Source: Amoebophrya sp. A120
Taxonomy: Eukaryota > Protista > Dinoflagellata
NCBI GenBank assembly: GCA_905178155.1
Contig: CAJINV010000004.1
Coordinates: 3,753,320 to 3,817,319, forward strand
Reading direction: 5' to 3'
DNA length: 64,000 nucleotides
Positions 11,939 to 24,250 of this stretch are shown here, in pieces (the first letter of the stretch is position 1; every line of letters starts with the position of its first letter). The position numbers and the translations under genes are program-made. The notes under the pieces are model-generated. The model made no database searches, had not been told where the DNA came from, and saw only the letters and a program-made list of their open reading frames with translations.

Positions 11939-14900
11939 ATGAACAACTTCGCCCAACAACAGCCGTGGGTAACTCCAATCGATCTCGTGAACGCGGACGA
12001 CCTCTTCGCGAAATCGCCGAAAGTCGGGGACATTAACTTGTACCCCAACAGCGCTCCCACTACGCACGGTCGAAATTCGCCCGCTTTTCGGGGGCGGGGC
12101 TTGACGCCACTGCCCGGACGCGGCGATCCTGCACCGGGCATTGAGAACGGGAATGTGCAAGTAGAGGCCTCGTCGTCCAGCTACAATGCCGGCGGACGTT
12201 CCATGAGCCACGTCCCTCCGCCGCCTCTACCGAAACAAAGGGCTATTACTGGTTCGACCTTTGTGCCATCTGCGTTTCCAGGACCTTCGGTTCCGGGAGT
12301 GCCCCACGCTGGCGGAAAGGTATTTATTTTTCAGAAGCAGCTGTATATTTTTCCAAGTGGAAGAATGATGGATGGACCATTCAGTGAATGTAAACGTGCA
12401 TTAATCCCAGCATCACCAAAAGCATATTGCTACTTTCATTCAGGAGCACGAAACAAATGACGATAAAGAGGAAATTCATACTTTTCACGTAAAAAATAGA
12501 AATACAAATCGACCACCAGGCTGCCGCATCGGCATCGTCACAGGGTACTAATCCTCCGTCGTCGGCGGCTGCTTCCAGTGGGACTTCTATCGTCAAGAAT
12601 CCTTTCGAGACCTATGCCGCTGGCGGTATGGCGGCTGTGCTGGGACCGGTACGACGGAAGTCTTCAAAGCGGATAGATTGCCCACTCCAGGGCAATGTGG
12701 TTGCAGTGACTCGGACTGGCCCGTCCAGTCCTTCGTCGCCGACGTTTTCCGACAGCATATCCCCCATGGACACCAGCGTTGGAGTGGGCGCTCGACTGGC
12801 GGCGCCGCGTATTCGTGTGCCATCGCTTTTGAGCGTGAACGAACTGGGTCAGGGCGCGGACGACGGAGCGGCTCACGGAAGCAGCTCTCCAGTCTTGGAA
12901 TCCGTCGCACATGTATGTGTCAAGCATTTTTTGAGTTTTTTGAGATGAGTTTTCTATTTCTTGTTTTGCATTGGCATTCTGTAATATTGTAGTTCGAATA
13001 AATAGTCATCTTCTTTGTAGAAAAGAATGAATGCGCACACCAGAAGATAAAGTACCCTGATAGTACTGAAAAATCAAACTACAGAGCCTCGGTATGCCGC
13101 CCAGCAAATTACCAGGAGTGCGTTTCAGCAAGCCAGACAGTCCGATCTTAAGTGCCAACCTGCTGCATCCGCAGGACACGACGCAGCTGTTGCGAAGGCA
13201 GGAGGGAGACCGTGGTGACGACGGGACGATGCACGACGATGAAATCCTTCCGTTCCACGATTTCAAAGACAAGTTGTTCAACGAAGGTAATGTTCCCCGG
13301 GAGTATTTCGAGCCCCTCTTCGCTGACACAATTCTGCGACACCCGAGCCTGGAGGAGGTGTCCACTATAATGCAGAAACACTGTATAAAAGATATTTTTT
13401 TAAAGTTTCAGTTAATGAACCTCTACCGTAGTCAGCCCGACGTGGACTTGCCCTACAGCGAAGCCCACACTTTTGTTTTTCTACTGGTTTCCATACGAAG
13501 TCACGCATGCATAGAAGCACAAAGGATGAGCTCCTTGGCATCGAAGGCGAGTATGGCAGTTGTCATTTTTCTATCGCTCATACCAAAAACTTCTTCAGAT
13601 TTGTACCCGCGGAGCGCCGGGGGATTTCTCTCGTTTCGCGACTTCGAGCTGTATCTGAAGACAATGTTCCCGAAGCAGCATTTGCGTCCGGGTAAAATGG
13701 AAAAGCAGATTAACCTTTTTTGGCAGAAGAAGAATCTGCACGACTCGGCAGCGGTTATCAAGAATGTCGGAGAGCAGATTTTAAGCCACAACGAGAAGAA
13801 ACTAAATGGAGTGATTGTCGCAGAAGCAGAGGGACGGAAGGCGATTCTTGGCGACGCGCAAGCCAAGCACGGCGTTCTTCTACAGTCGCAGGCCGAGGCG
13901 ACGTTGCACCTCGAAAACCACGCCACGACACAGCGTCACGGCATCGTGAATCACATCAATGCGCAAACCCAGGGGCTGACGACGCACATCAACGCGCAAA
14001 CCCAGGGGCTGACGAACCACATGTCTACGCAATCTCAAGGCATCAAGGATCACATCCAGGGTCACATCGACACCCAGAACGTGGGGATGATGACAGCGAT
14101 CACGGCGCAGAACCAAGAACTGTACAACCACTCCCGCGATTTAAACACGCAGCAGATGGACCTCGTTAAGGAGGAAAACCTGAAGCAAACCGAGCAGATC
14201 GAGGGGTTCACAACGGCGCAAACAGAGCAGATTCAGGAATTCATCAAAGAGCAGCTCCGGAAGCAACAGGAAGCAGACAAAACCCGGCAGGAGGCGGCGG
14301 ACAAGAGGTTTCTGCAGGAGGTCACAACCACAATCGAAACGACCGGCAAGAAGTCGGTAGCCGCAATTTCCACCCTGCAGAAGAGCGTGGATACCATGAA
14401 AAACCAGTCGGAAAACTACCAGAAGGAGCGCTTGCAGTTCATGAAAAAGACCGGTCCCGGTGCGATCGGCGCCACACCGTACGGTGCTGGTGGAACAGGT
14501 GTGCCGCGCAGCTCGAACAACAAGCCTGATGCACTGAAGGGTGCTAGTACAACGCGTCCGGTTGGGCCAGGCTTGCAGCCGCCACCAGGTAATTACGGAG
14601 TTTAGTATAATCCTTGTTTTTGAGTAATGATGTGTAAAGCCACGTGTACACGTTCTCGTTCATAAAGTTTAAAAAAATTATCAAAACAGGGCGGCAGATG
14701 GCGTCTCTGAATCCAACCGCCCACCAACCGTTGGTCGCGCCCCAGCAGCAGTACATTCCTGACGGGTTTTCTTCGAATACTAGCAGCGCCTTCATCTTGA
14801 CCCGCCCAAGCTTGAAGCAGAGAATCATGCAGGTGCGAAATCCGGGCCATGGTTCTGCGGAACAGCAAACGGTGGAATATTACGGGTCGCTGGGCGAAGC

Positions 14901-14976
14901 CGGAGCTGGCAACGCTGCTTTGCAGCACGGAGAGGGCGTTCCAGGTCATCACCGGACTTTTCAGGGAAGAAGTTGA
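11939..14976 (+). CDS. Uncharacterised protein with low-complexity ends and a coiled-coil region; exons 11939-12319, 12520-12912, 13085-14588, 14690-14976
   Basis: Three phase-compatible GT-AG introns link the ORFs at 11939, 12628, 13094 and 14644. It contains 11-residue repeats (HINAQTQGLTT/N) and a Q/E/K-rich helix. Confidence 0.7.
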
Positions 14977-17039
14977 TTCATTGGAATCTGTAGTTGTCAC
15001 TTGTTGCGAGGAAGATATCAGTCAACAGGAGGATCGAGCCGAGTTTGCGTTTCTTGACGGGGAGCATGACGTGTCAAGCTCAAGTACTTATCAAAATACA
15101 GTAAAATAAGGTGCGCCACCAGACGAGGAGAAATATAATCGAAGCATGCCAATATCAATAAAAAGCTCTTCTCACGGTCGCCTCAGTCCCACTTAATTTT
15201 ACGCACCATCAAGTTTTGCAGATGGAGATTTTTTAGTTTACAGATACAAGAATCCTGATGAATTTGTTGCGGCTTTCGCCTGCCGCCACAACCAAGCAGT
15301 CAACAATGTACAGTTGTGAATTTGTACGATTTTGATTTTCTTTATTTTGGCCGCTATTGATATCCATGTGCATGTCCTCAGGCGTGGAGGCTGACCCGCG
15401 GCTCGATGCAGAGCACTTTGATTTTGATTAATTTTTGTCGAGTTTTTTTACAATGAGTGTAAATGTATGATCCTCGTCGTGTCGAAGGATGGTGAGCAAT
15501 GATTAAAACACTGCAGAAAAAAGAAAAACATGCGTGATAATGAAATCAACCCTTCAGTCAGCTTCACAAAAAATTTTGCAAAAAACATCGACCGGCCAGG
15601 GAACTTTCTTTGTCTCTTTTCAAGAAGTAAAAAGAACTAAAAACTCGACTCTCAGTCAACATAACCCCCAAGCCTCTACGAGAGTGGCCGCGAGCTGAAC
15701 CCCGAATCGCCAAGCAATGGCAGGGTCCCGGACCCGAGTTCTGCTTCGTTCATCCAACTAATCGCACTTCTATAGCTACACTTCTAGGTGGAAGGTCAAG
15801 GTAGAATTAAAACGAAACAATTTTGAACTTCGTGTTTCGTCGTAGAGCTTTCGTTTGCCAAGAAACCCATCGGTATCTGAATCTCAAGGTCATCGTCTTC
15901 TGCAACAAAAGTAGAAGAGTTCCACACGCATTGTCATTTTCACTTCTTGATGCTACAGTCACCATTCCGATACATACTTTTAGTTCTCAGTGTGTTTCTA
16001 GCGCCAATTTGTCGTGGTCGTTGCATCCGTGTGGCCAAATCCACATGTTAAGTGCGGACTTTTTGTCTCCTTAATAGTCTTTGCCATTTGATGCATTGTG
16101 ATTTCTGCCCCAATCGTTGAACAACTCTAAGTCGTCAAGAGGCCTTCTTCACGTCGAGCAAATCTATTAAGCCGTAACGTCAAGCGAAAGTAGAAACACT
16201 AAAAGAAGCAAATTGGTATCCTCATCAAATTGGCTTTTTTCCCTATCGTCATGAGCCCGAATAGAAATAAATTCAAACTCCGTCGTGACTCAGCCAGGAT
16301 CAGTATCATCGTTGCTATCGTCAGCTAGACATGCAAACTTGCGATTGAACGAAGTGCATTGCTTAGAACGTCTCGTAAATGTATGCAGGCCTTTCAGATC
16401 GTGTCCGTACAAGGCAAACAGAAACCTCAGATTTTTTCGATCTTCATTTTTTGGCTTTTTTCTTGCCTTCTGCGATCGCATTTTTCTACTGAATTCGTAT
16501 TCGTTCACATTGGATTGAATAGATGGAGTCTCTGGTTTCAGTGTCTGTGAATCATGCGCAAAATCGTATCTTTCTTTGAATCGAACAAGACAGCAGGTAC
16601 GCGCAATCTTGCCATGTTTTTTTTGGGGGAGGGAAATGTAGAGCAACAGGAATAAAAGTCAAAGCTTTTATTGTGTTTCCGTCGGATTTATTCGTTTGGC
16701 ACGCTTTTCAAAGAAGGTGCTTTTCTTGCTTGTAGTAATTTACTTCAGTATGAGTAATTAATTTCTACTGTCTGTGTAGTCTGTCAGAGTAGTAGATATT
16801 GTTGTTCTAGATGCTTATTTCCTGAATTAAGAAATCCATGAACAAAATGTATTCCTCCATCCTCCACGTCCACTGAGTTCATCTTCGTTTTTGCTTGCTG
16901 AGACCGTCGGACGGCACGCGGAACAGACGCAAGGGCCAGCGGGCACAGTAGAAGGTTGTAGGGAGATGTTTTATTTCCGATTTGCTTCTCTTTTTGCATC
17001 CTCCTGTTCGTTGTTACTCTGCACGCCCCTACCGGCGCG

Positions 17040-20000
17040 GGGCAGAATGGTGTGCCACCGATCGGTGGTGACCCTCATGCCCCGCACAGGCTTACTTATC
17101 CGGTGTGCCGCTGATCGGCGGTGACCTGCTTCTGGCTTTCAGCGCGCGCTTTTTCGCGCAGCGCGAATTTGGCGGGGCAGAATGGTGTGCCACCGATCGG
17201 TGGTGACCCTCATGCCCCGCACAGGCTTACTTATCCGGTGTGCCGCCGATCGGCGGTGACCTGCTTCTGGCTTTCAGTGCGCGCTTTTTCGCGCAGCGCA
17301 ACTCCGGTGTGGCAGAGTGGTGTGCCACCGATCGGTGGTGACCCTCATGCCCCGCACAGGCTTACTTATCCGGTGTGCCGCCGATCGGCGGTGACCTGCT
17401 TCTGGCTTTCAGTGCGCGCTTTTTCGCGCAGCGCAACTCCGGTGTGGCAGAGTGGTGTGCCACCGATCGGTGGTGACCCTCATGCCCCGCACAGGCTTAC
17501 TTATCCGGTGTGCCGCCGATCGGCGGTGACCTGCTTCTGGCTTTCAGTGCGCGCTTTTTCGCGCAGCGCAACTCCGGTGTGGCAGAGTGGTGTGCCACCG
17601 ATCGGTGGTGACCCTCATGCCCCGCACAGGCTTACTTATCCGGTGTGCCGCCGATCGGCGGTGACCTGCTTCTGGCTTTCAGTGCGCGCTTTTTCGCGCA
17701 GCGCAACTCCGGTGTGGCAGAGTGGTGTGCCACCGATCGGTGGTGACCCTCATGCCCCGCACAGGCTTACTTATCCGGTGTGCCGCCGATCGGCGGTGAC
17801 CTGCTTCTGGCTTTCAGTGCGCGCTTTTTCGCGCAGCGCAACTCCGGTGTGGCAGAGTGGTGTGCCACCGATCGGTGGTGACCCTCATGCCCCGCACAGG
17901 CTTACTTATCCGGTGTGCCGCCGATCGGCGGTGACCTGCTTCTGGCTTTCAGTGCGCGCTTTTTCGCGCAGCGCAACTCCGGTGTGGCAGAGTGGTGTGC
18001 CACCGATCGGTGGTGACCCTCATGCCCCGCACAGGCTTACTTATCCGGTGTGCCGCCGATCGGCGGTGACCTGCTTCTGGCTTTCAGTGCGCGCTTTTTC
18101 GCGCAGCGCAACTCCGGTGTGGCAGAGTGGTGTGCCACCGATCGGTGGTGACCCTCATGCCCCGCACAGGCTTACTTATCCGGTGTGCCGCCGATCGGCG
18201 GTGACCTGCTTCTGGCTTTCAGTGCGCGCTTTTTCGCGCAGCGCAACTCCGGTGTGGCAGAGTGGTGTGCCACCGATCGGTGGTGACCCTCATGCCCCGC
18301 ACAGGCTTACTTATCCGGTGTGCCGCCGATCGGCGGTGACCTGCTTCTGGCTTTCAGTGCGCGCTTTTTCGCGCAGCGCAACTCCGGTGTGGCAGAGTGG
18401 TGTGCCACCGATCGGTGGTGACCCTCATGCCCCGCACAGGCTTACTTATCCGGTGTGCCGCCGATCGGCGGTGACCTGCTTCTGGCTTTCAGTGCGCGCT
18501 TTTTCGCGCAGCGCAACTCCGGTGTGGCAGAGTGGTGTGCCACCGATCGGTGGTGACCCTCATGCCCCGCACAGGCTTACTTATCCGGTGTGCCGCCGAT
18601 CGGCGGTGACCTGCTTCTGGCTTTCAGTGCGCGCTTTTTCGCGCAGCGCAACTCCGGTGTGGCAGAGTGGTGTGCCACCGATCGGTGGTGACCCTCATGC
18701 CCCGCACAGGCTTACTTATCCGGTGTGCCGCCGATCGGCGGTGACCTGCTTCTGGCTTTCAGTGCGCGCTTTTTCGCGCAGCGCAACTCCGGTGTGGCAG
18801 AGTGGTGTGCCACCGATCGGTGGTGACCCTCATGCCCCGCACAGGCTTACTTATCCGGTGTGCCGCCGATCGGCGGTGACCTGCTTCTGGCTTTCAGTGC
18901 GCGCTTTTTCGCGCAGCGCAACTCCGGTGTGGCAGAGTGGTGTGCCACCGATCGGTGGTGACCCTCATGCCCCGCACAGGCTTACTTATCCGGTGTGCCG
19001 CCGATCGGCGGTGACCTGCTTCTGGCTTTCAGTGCGCGCTTTTTCGCGCAGCGCAACTCCGGTGTGGCAGAGTGGTGTGCCACCGATCGGTGGTGACCCT
19101 CATGCCCCGCACAGGCTTACTTATCCGGTGTGCCGCCGATCGGCGGTGACCTGCTTCTGGCTTTCAGTGCGCGCTTTTTCGCGCAGCGCAACTCCGGTGT
19201 GGCAGAGTGGTGTGCCACCGATCGGTGGTGACCCTCATGCCCCGCACAGGCTTACTTATCCGGTGTGCCGCCGATCGGCGGTGACCTGCTTCTGGCTTTC
19301 AGTGCGCGCTTTTTCGCGCAGCGCAACTCCGGTGTGGCAGAGTGGTGTGCCACCGATCGGTGGTGACCCTCATGCCCCGCACAGGCTTACTTATCCGGTG
19401 TGCCGCCGATCGGCGGTGACCTGCTTCTGGCTTTCAGTGCGCGCTTTTTCGCGCAGCGCAACTCCGGTGTGGCAGAGTGGTGTGCCACCGATCGGTGGTG
19501 ACCCTCATGCCCCGCACAGGCTTACTTATCCGGTGTGCCGCCGATCGGCGGTGACCTGCTTCTGGCTTTCAGTGCGCGCTTTTTCGCGCAGCGCAACTCC
19601 GGTGTGGCAGAGTGGTGTGCCACCGATCGGTGGTGACCCTCATGCCCCGCACAGGCTTACTTATCCGGTGTGCCGCCGATCGGCGGTGACCTGCTTCTGG
19701 CTTTCAGTGCGCGCTTTTTCGCGCAGCGCAACTCCGGTGTGGCAGAGTGGTGTGCCACCGATCGGTGGTGACCCTCATGCCCCGCACAGGCTTACTTATC
19801 CGGTGTGCCGCCGATCGGCGGTGACCTTCTTCTGGCTTTCAGTGCGCGCTTTTTCTCGCAGCGCAAATTCAACGGGGCAGAGTGGTGTGCCACCGATCGG
19901 TGGTGACCCTCATGCCCCGCACAGGCTTACTTATCCGGTGTGCCGCCGATCGGCGGTGACCTTCTTCTGGCTTTCAGTGCGCGATTTTTCGCGCAGCGCA

Positions 20001-20050
20001 AATTTGGCGGGGCAGAGTGGTGTGCCACCGATCGGTGGCGACCCTCTTGC
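17040..20050. repeat. 135-bp tandem array, ~22 copies, with near-identical interior copies
   Basis: Identical blocks recur every 270 nt (two units), e.g. 17191 and 17461. Only the edge units diverge. Each unit has the 14-bp palindromes ccaccgatcggtgg and ccgccgatcggcgg. Confidence 0.97.
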
Positions 20051-20275
20051 CCCGCCCCGTCTTTTCGGGCGCGCCATCGCAAGTGAGTGGGTTTTGCGAC
20101 TCGGAATGGAAACACCGGAACGACGGCAGCCGGCTGATGGATCTAAGCGTTTTCAGTGCGGGTGTTGGACGCGCAGCAGCACCGTTGGGATGTTGGGTAC
20201 TTCGTTGCTTTGTGTTATTGACCTTGATTGTTGCCGTTGCGATGGTAGGGGGAATTCAATGAGAAAGACAAGGAA

Positions 20276-22444
20276 GTACCCGCAAAACAACATATCGATT
20301 GGTCAGGATTTTTACGACACATTCCTGGAGGACGAGATGTGGGGCCACCATCGTGTCCGTACACCACTACTGAGGATAAACTTGGGCCGGACGGCGCATC
20401 TTCGTCAGTTCATTGCGGTTGTTGCGGGTGCTGATTGTTTTTCTGATCACTGGCATGAATAGAGAATGATATCCTGTTTGATCTCATCGTATGAATTTAC
20501 CAACATCAAGTACGTAGTAGACCAAGAGAATATATCGTCGTGTAGAATGGACACTACTCTGACAACAAAACATCGATTCAGGATTTGAAATAGTGGAAGA
20601 AGGAGATATTGCGGTTTACCGAACCCTCTCGCCTCCACAAACAAAACGGGCAACCCAATCTCGATGCCCCGGAGGCCGAACCGTCGCGCAATGCAGCATC
20701 GCCGGTGCTTTCTGTTTTAAAGATCGAGATTTTATTCTAGTTTGCAGAAATGATATCATATCCATGACCTTGTACCACGAAGTCAACACGATCAGCATGT
20801 CCAACTAGAGCGTGAACTACCTCCAACCCAACATATCGATTCAGGATTTGTACCGCCAGTGGGGCTGACGCTAAGGACAAGAGACCCACCCGGCGCCCCT
20901 TCATTGTTGGTCCCCCCGCAATCCTGTTGAAGAAGCCGATTCGAAGACGCCAGTTGCCTCCTCTCCGAGTCGTCGGCACTACAGGCGTTTTTCGTAGACC
21001 CTTTTCTCTACGCTGGTGTGATGTGTTGCAGGCTTGGATGAGAGCGGAGACTACCTTGTCAACAAAAACTTGATACAGGATTTGTACCAGGACCAGAACG
21101 GCGAGATGTTGCCCGATGTCGAACCCGGAAACCCTTGCCGAGAAGTGCGGATGACATCATCTACCGATCGACACCGGTGCTCTTTATCGTTGTTTTTTTT
21201 TTCGGGATATGGAAAAAATTAAGATATGCATGCGAGTTGTGTAGAACCATAGAGATTAGAACGCATGCTACCTGCAAAACAACACATCTATTCAGGATTG
21301 GCACCTCCAGACGGGACAGCCAAATCGCTGCTGAACCTGATTATCACCAAAAGCGTTAAGCCACCCGGCGAGAAACATCCTCCACGGTGTCAAGCTGCAT
21401 GGCCTGCGAAATATTCGGGCCGCGGTACTTTTGGTCTATTTTCAGTACTATCGTTCTTTTTCATGCAGGAGCAGCAGCGCATGCGCAGTAGCCGACGAGA
21501 GCATGTACTACCTGCAACTCAACACATCTATTCAGGATTTGTACCAGCCAAACAAGCAGAGCCTCCCGATTTTGTCCAACAAACAGAAATAAATACGAAC
21601 CAAGAAGCCGTGCATTCCGCATCTGATTCGGCGGTACTAGCCATTTTTTTTCCATGCAGAATCTAGTTTTGACAACCTGCAACCACATGTCTCAATCTGC
21701 TGCTCCATTTAGAATCAGAGCTACCTGCCAATCAAAATATCGATTCAGGATTTGAACCTGCCGGATTCGCGGACATATCAAGAAGCTCTGCGCGATTTGT
21801 CCTGCTTTCGAACAAGATCAAGTCCGGACCAGGTCTCCGCGACGCGGGGTTTGAGAGCTGTCCAACCAAGAACGGTGTTGTTTATCTTTTTTCCAGTATT
21901 CAGCATCATGGAAGTCGTTTGTCATGGATGAAAAGCATGAAAAGTCGCATATCCCAGTGCTGCTTCGCTTAGAACGGCCACTACGTGTTGTTCGACACAT
22001 CGATTCAGGTTTTGCACCAGCGGAATCCACAGTTCACACTGCCCCCGTTGCTCCTTCTCGCTCATGATCCCTCCGGCCGGTTGGTTTGAATTCGAGGCCA
22101 TTTTCACGACCGAAAAACAGCGATACCATACAGGAGGTGCTTTTTGTTGCCTTTTGCTCGTCTATCTCTCTTGTACTTACATCATCGTTTTTTCGAGCTT
22201 GCGTGATCAATACAAACTGCTTACATGTACCCGAAAACAAATTGTCAGGGACGGCTGCTGAAACTGCCGGCGGGTCCTTGTACGGGGAAGTTAGCGAAAT
22301 GGCCGGCTTCACCGAGGTACTCTGCTTTGTTTTCTTCATGACAACATGGTGCTATCTTCGTAGTCCGATGTTTGTATCATCTCAATGTTCATGATAAGAG
22401 CAAAAACTACTGGCAAAACAAAACACCTATCCAGGATTTGTACT
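20276..22444 (+). repeat. Periodic array of a 38-bp motif (CTACCTGCAA..CAA.A.ATCGATTCAGGATTTGTACC) with ~175-240-nt divergent spacers
   Basis: Copies at ~20276, 20554, 20817, 21051, 21268, 21508, 21721, 21981 and 22407. Confidence 0.85.
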
Positions 22445-24250
22445 CGAGGAACCCCCTGCGGACTCGCTTCTTGCATCCAGTATGGTACAGTTTATCGCCG
22501 GCGCTGCATGACGATCGCGTGAGGCTCTAACATCCGACCAATGAAGCTGCAGCCAACGTGTGGACTTCTAACCTTCGGGAACCCAGGTCCGCGTTATCGT
22601 GTTGTGTTTTCGTAGTTGCCGCTTCTGCAGCTTCAGTTGTAGTTTCAATGGCGTCGACACATAGTAGCAGCACACACCAGGAATTTTCTACTCTTGCAGT
22701 ATCCACCAAATATTTTACCAATCAGGGGCGCCGTGTGCAGATAAATTTTGAGGAGCAGGAGGCGTTTGCTGCAAAATGCGTGTGAAGCCGGCCACATCAC
22801 ACGACGACCCTGGCAAAAGCGGATTCACGTTCTCACGCACGAAGACTCGTCTCCACGAACGAAACCGCCCAGGTTCTCTGTCTCGTTTGGTGGTTTCCGC
22901 CTCCGTGCAATCAATCTGTTGTAGTGTGATGATGTTGTCTCCCAATGTCACCGTGCGAATTATGAACGTCTGTCTCCCGCGAGTATCATGCGCGCAAAAC
23001 AACACGACACTCAGGACCAGCAACACGAAGGAATACAGTCTGGTGCGGTACAAGACAGGGCTAGCAGAGGACGCATCGGGGCAGCAGTTGTTCCTATTTT
23101 ACCTCATCGGACGGCTGAAGACCAGCAGGTTCTGTATCGTTGTTGTTTGCGCATTGATTGTAGCTGCTGCCATGATTTTTATCCGCTATTTCTTGCATAC
23201 ATTCATTTTTTCAAAACTTCTCAAACCTCTGAGCAGTATACCGAACTCGTGTACATTTCAGGTCTCGTGCGGGCTCGTCGTTGTCTCGAGGTGTCTCTGT
23301 GGTGCGTGAGACGCGGTGGTAGCGGACGCGCCTTCTTCGAGGGTAGTTTTGGGGCGAAGTAGCTGCAAAGAAAACTGGCGACCCGTCCCGTCTGTTGACC
23401 CGAACCCGATCGAATAGTCCGGAAAGCCGGTTCGCGTGCAGGGCGAGCGTGTAGGTATCTTATTGCATAGTTGAAGAAAATTTTTTTTGAATTCGTTTTC
23501 GTAGATTGACGTGAACGTGTACTACTAGGACATTATACCTCTAAATGACAGCCTCATGATTTTTCCGCTGCAGCTTCCGGAATCAATTATCAAAGTATGG
23601 TCTAGAATGTCTTCTTAGGCTGGTGATAATCGATCAAACAAGAGAGGACGCAGATGAAAATTGCGCTCTATCTTTCCTTTTTATCATTATCGCAGATGAT
23701 AGGGTTCCCGGGTTTAGGTTCGTTTAGGGTTTCTATCTTGATCTTATCCAACAACATCCTCCCATCGACGACCCGATAGAAATGAAGAGGAATAGCCTCA
23801 CCTTTACGCTGGCGGCAGCACTTCTGCATGTGACCTATGACTAGAACAAAAGTAGAGATCCCACACGGCAAAAACATGCATGAGCAGGTAAATGTGAAAA
23901 ATGATCGCCATCTTAATATGCAGGTTAAGCCACTTCGTTGGAGAAAGCAGTAGCGCCACAAACCAGACACTAATCTCCAACCTTACTACTTCGTGTCGCT
24001 TCCCCGTTTTTTTTTCCAGCGACGTCCGTGTGATGGTGTCTCTTCAAAGAACTTAAGAGTTAGCAGGCTGTCGCGTATGCCGACCTAGTAGTCTCCGCTA
24101 TGTAAAGTTTCAAGTCTTTTAGAAAGCATACCTGTGGCTAGCACACCCCAAAGAAATATATCCTGATGATATGATGTGCTACCACCTGAATTTTCCATAA
24201 ATGCGACCCCCCCCCTCCCGCGCTCCCCGCCCAGCCCTTTTCCGAAGAAA

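Noticed and set aside
13094-14605. 503-aa ORF as the autonomous transposase or a gag protein
   Set aside because: It has no DDE, zinc-knuckle or RT motifs and no flanking TIRs, and it splices in phase to neighbouring exons as an ordinary gene.
17121-20462. 1113-aa ORF of 45-aa repeats
   Set aside because: It is a by-product of a stop-free 135-bp tandem unit. It has a GTG start, no synonymous variation among interior units and no domain-like content.
21638-21647. tagccatttt, resembling part of the dinoflagellate spliced leader
   Set aside because: It is only a 10-nt match and lacks the GGCTCAAG 3' end, so it is compatible with chance.
17040-22444. CRISPR interpretation of the two arrays
   Set aside because: The 135-bp array has identical spacers. 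The 38-bp array has degenerate repeats and ~200-nt spacers. There are no cas genes and the context is eukaryotic.
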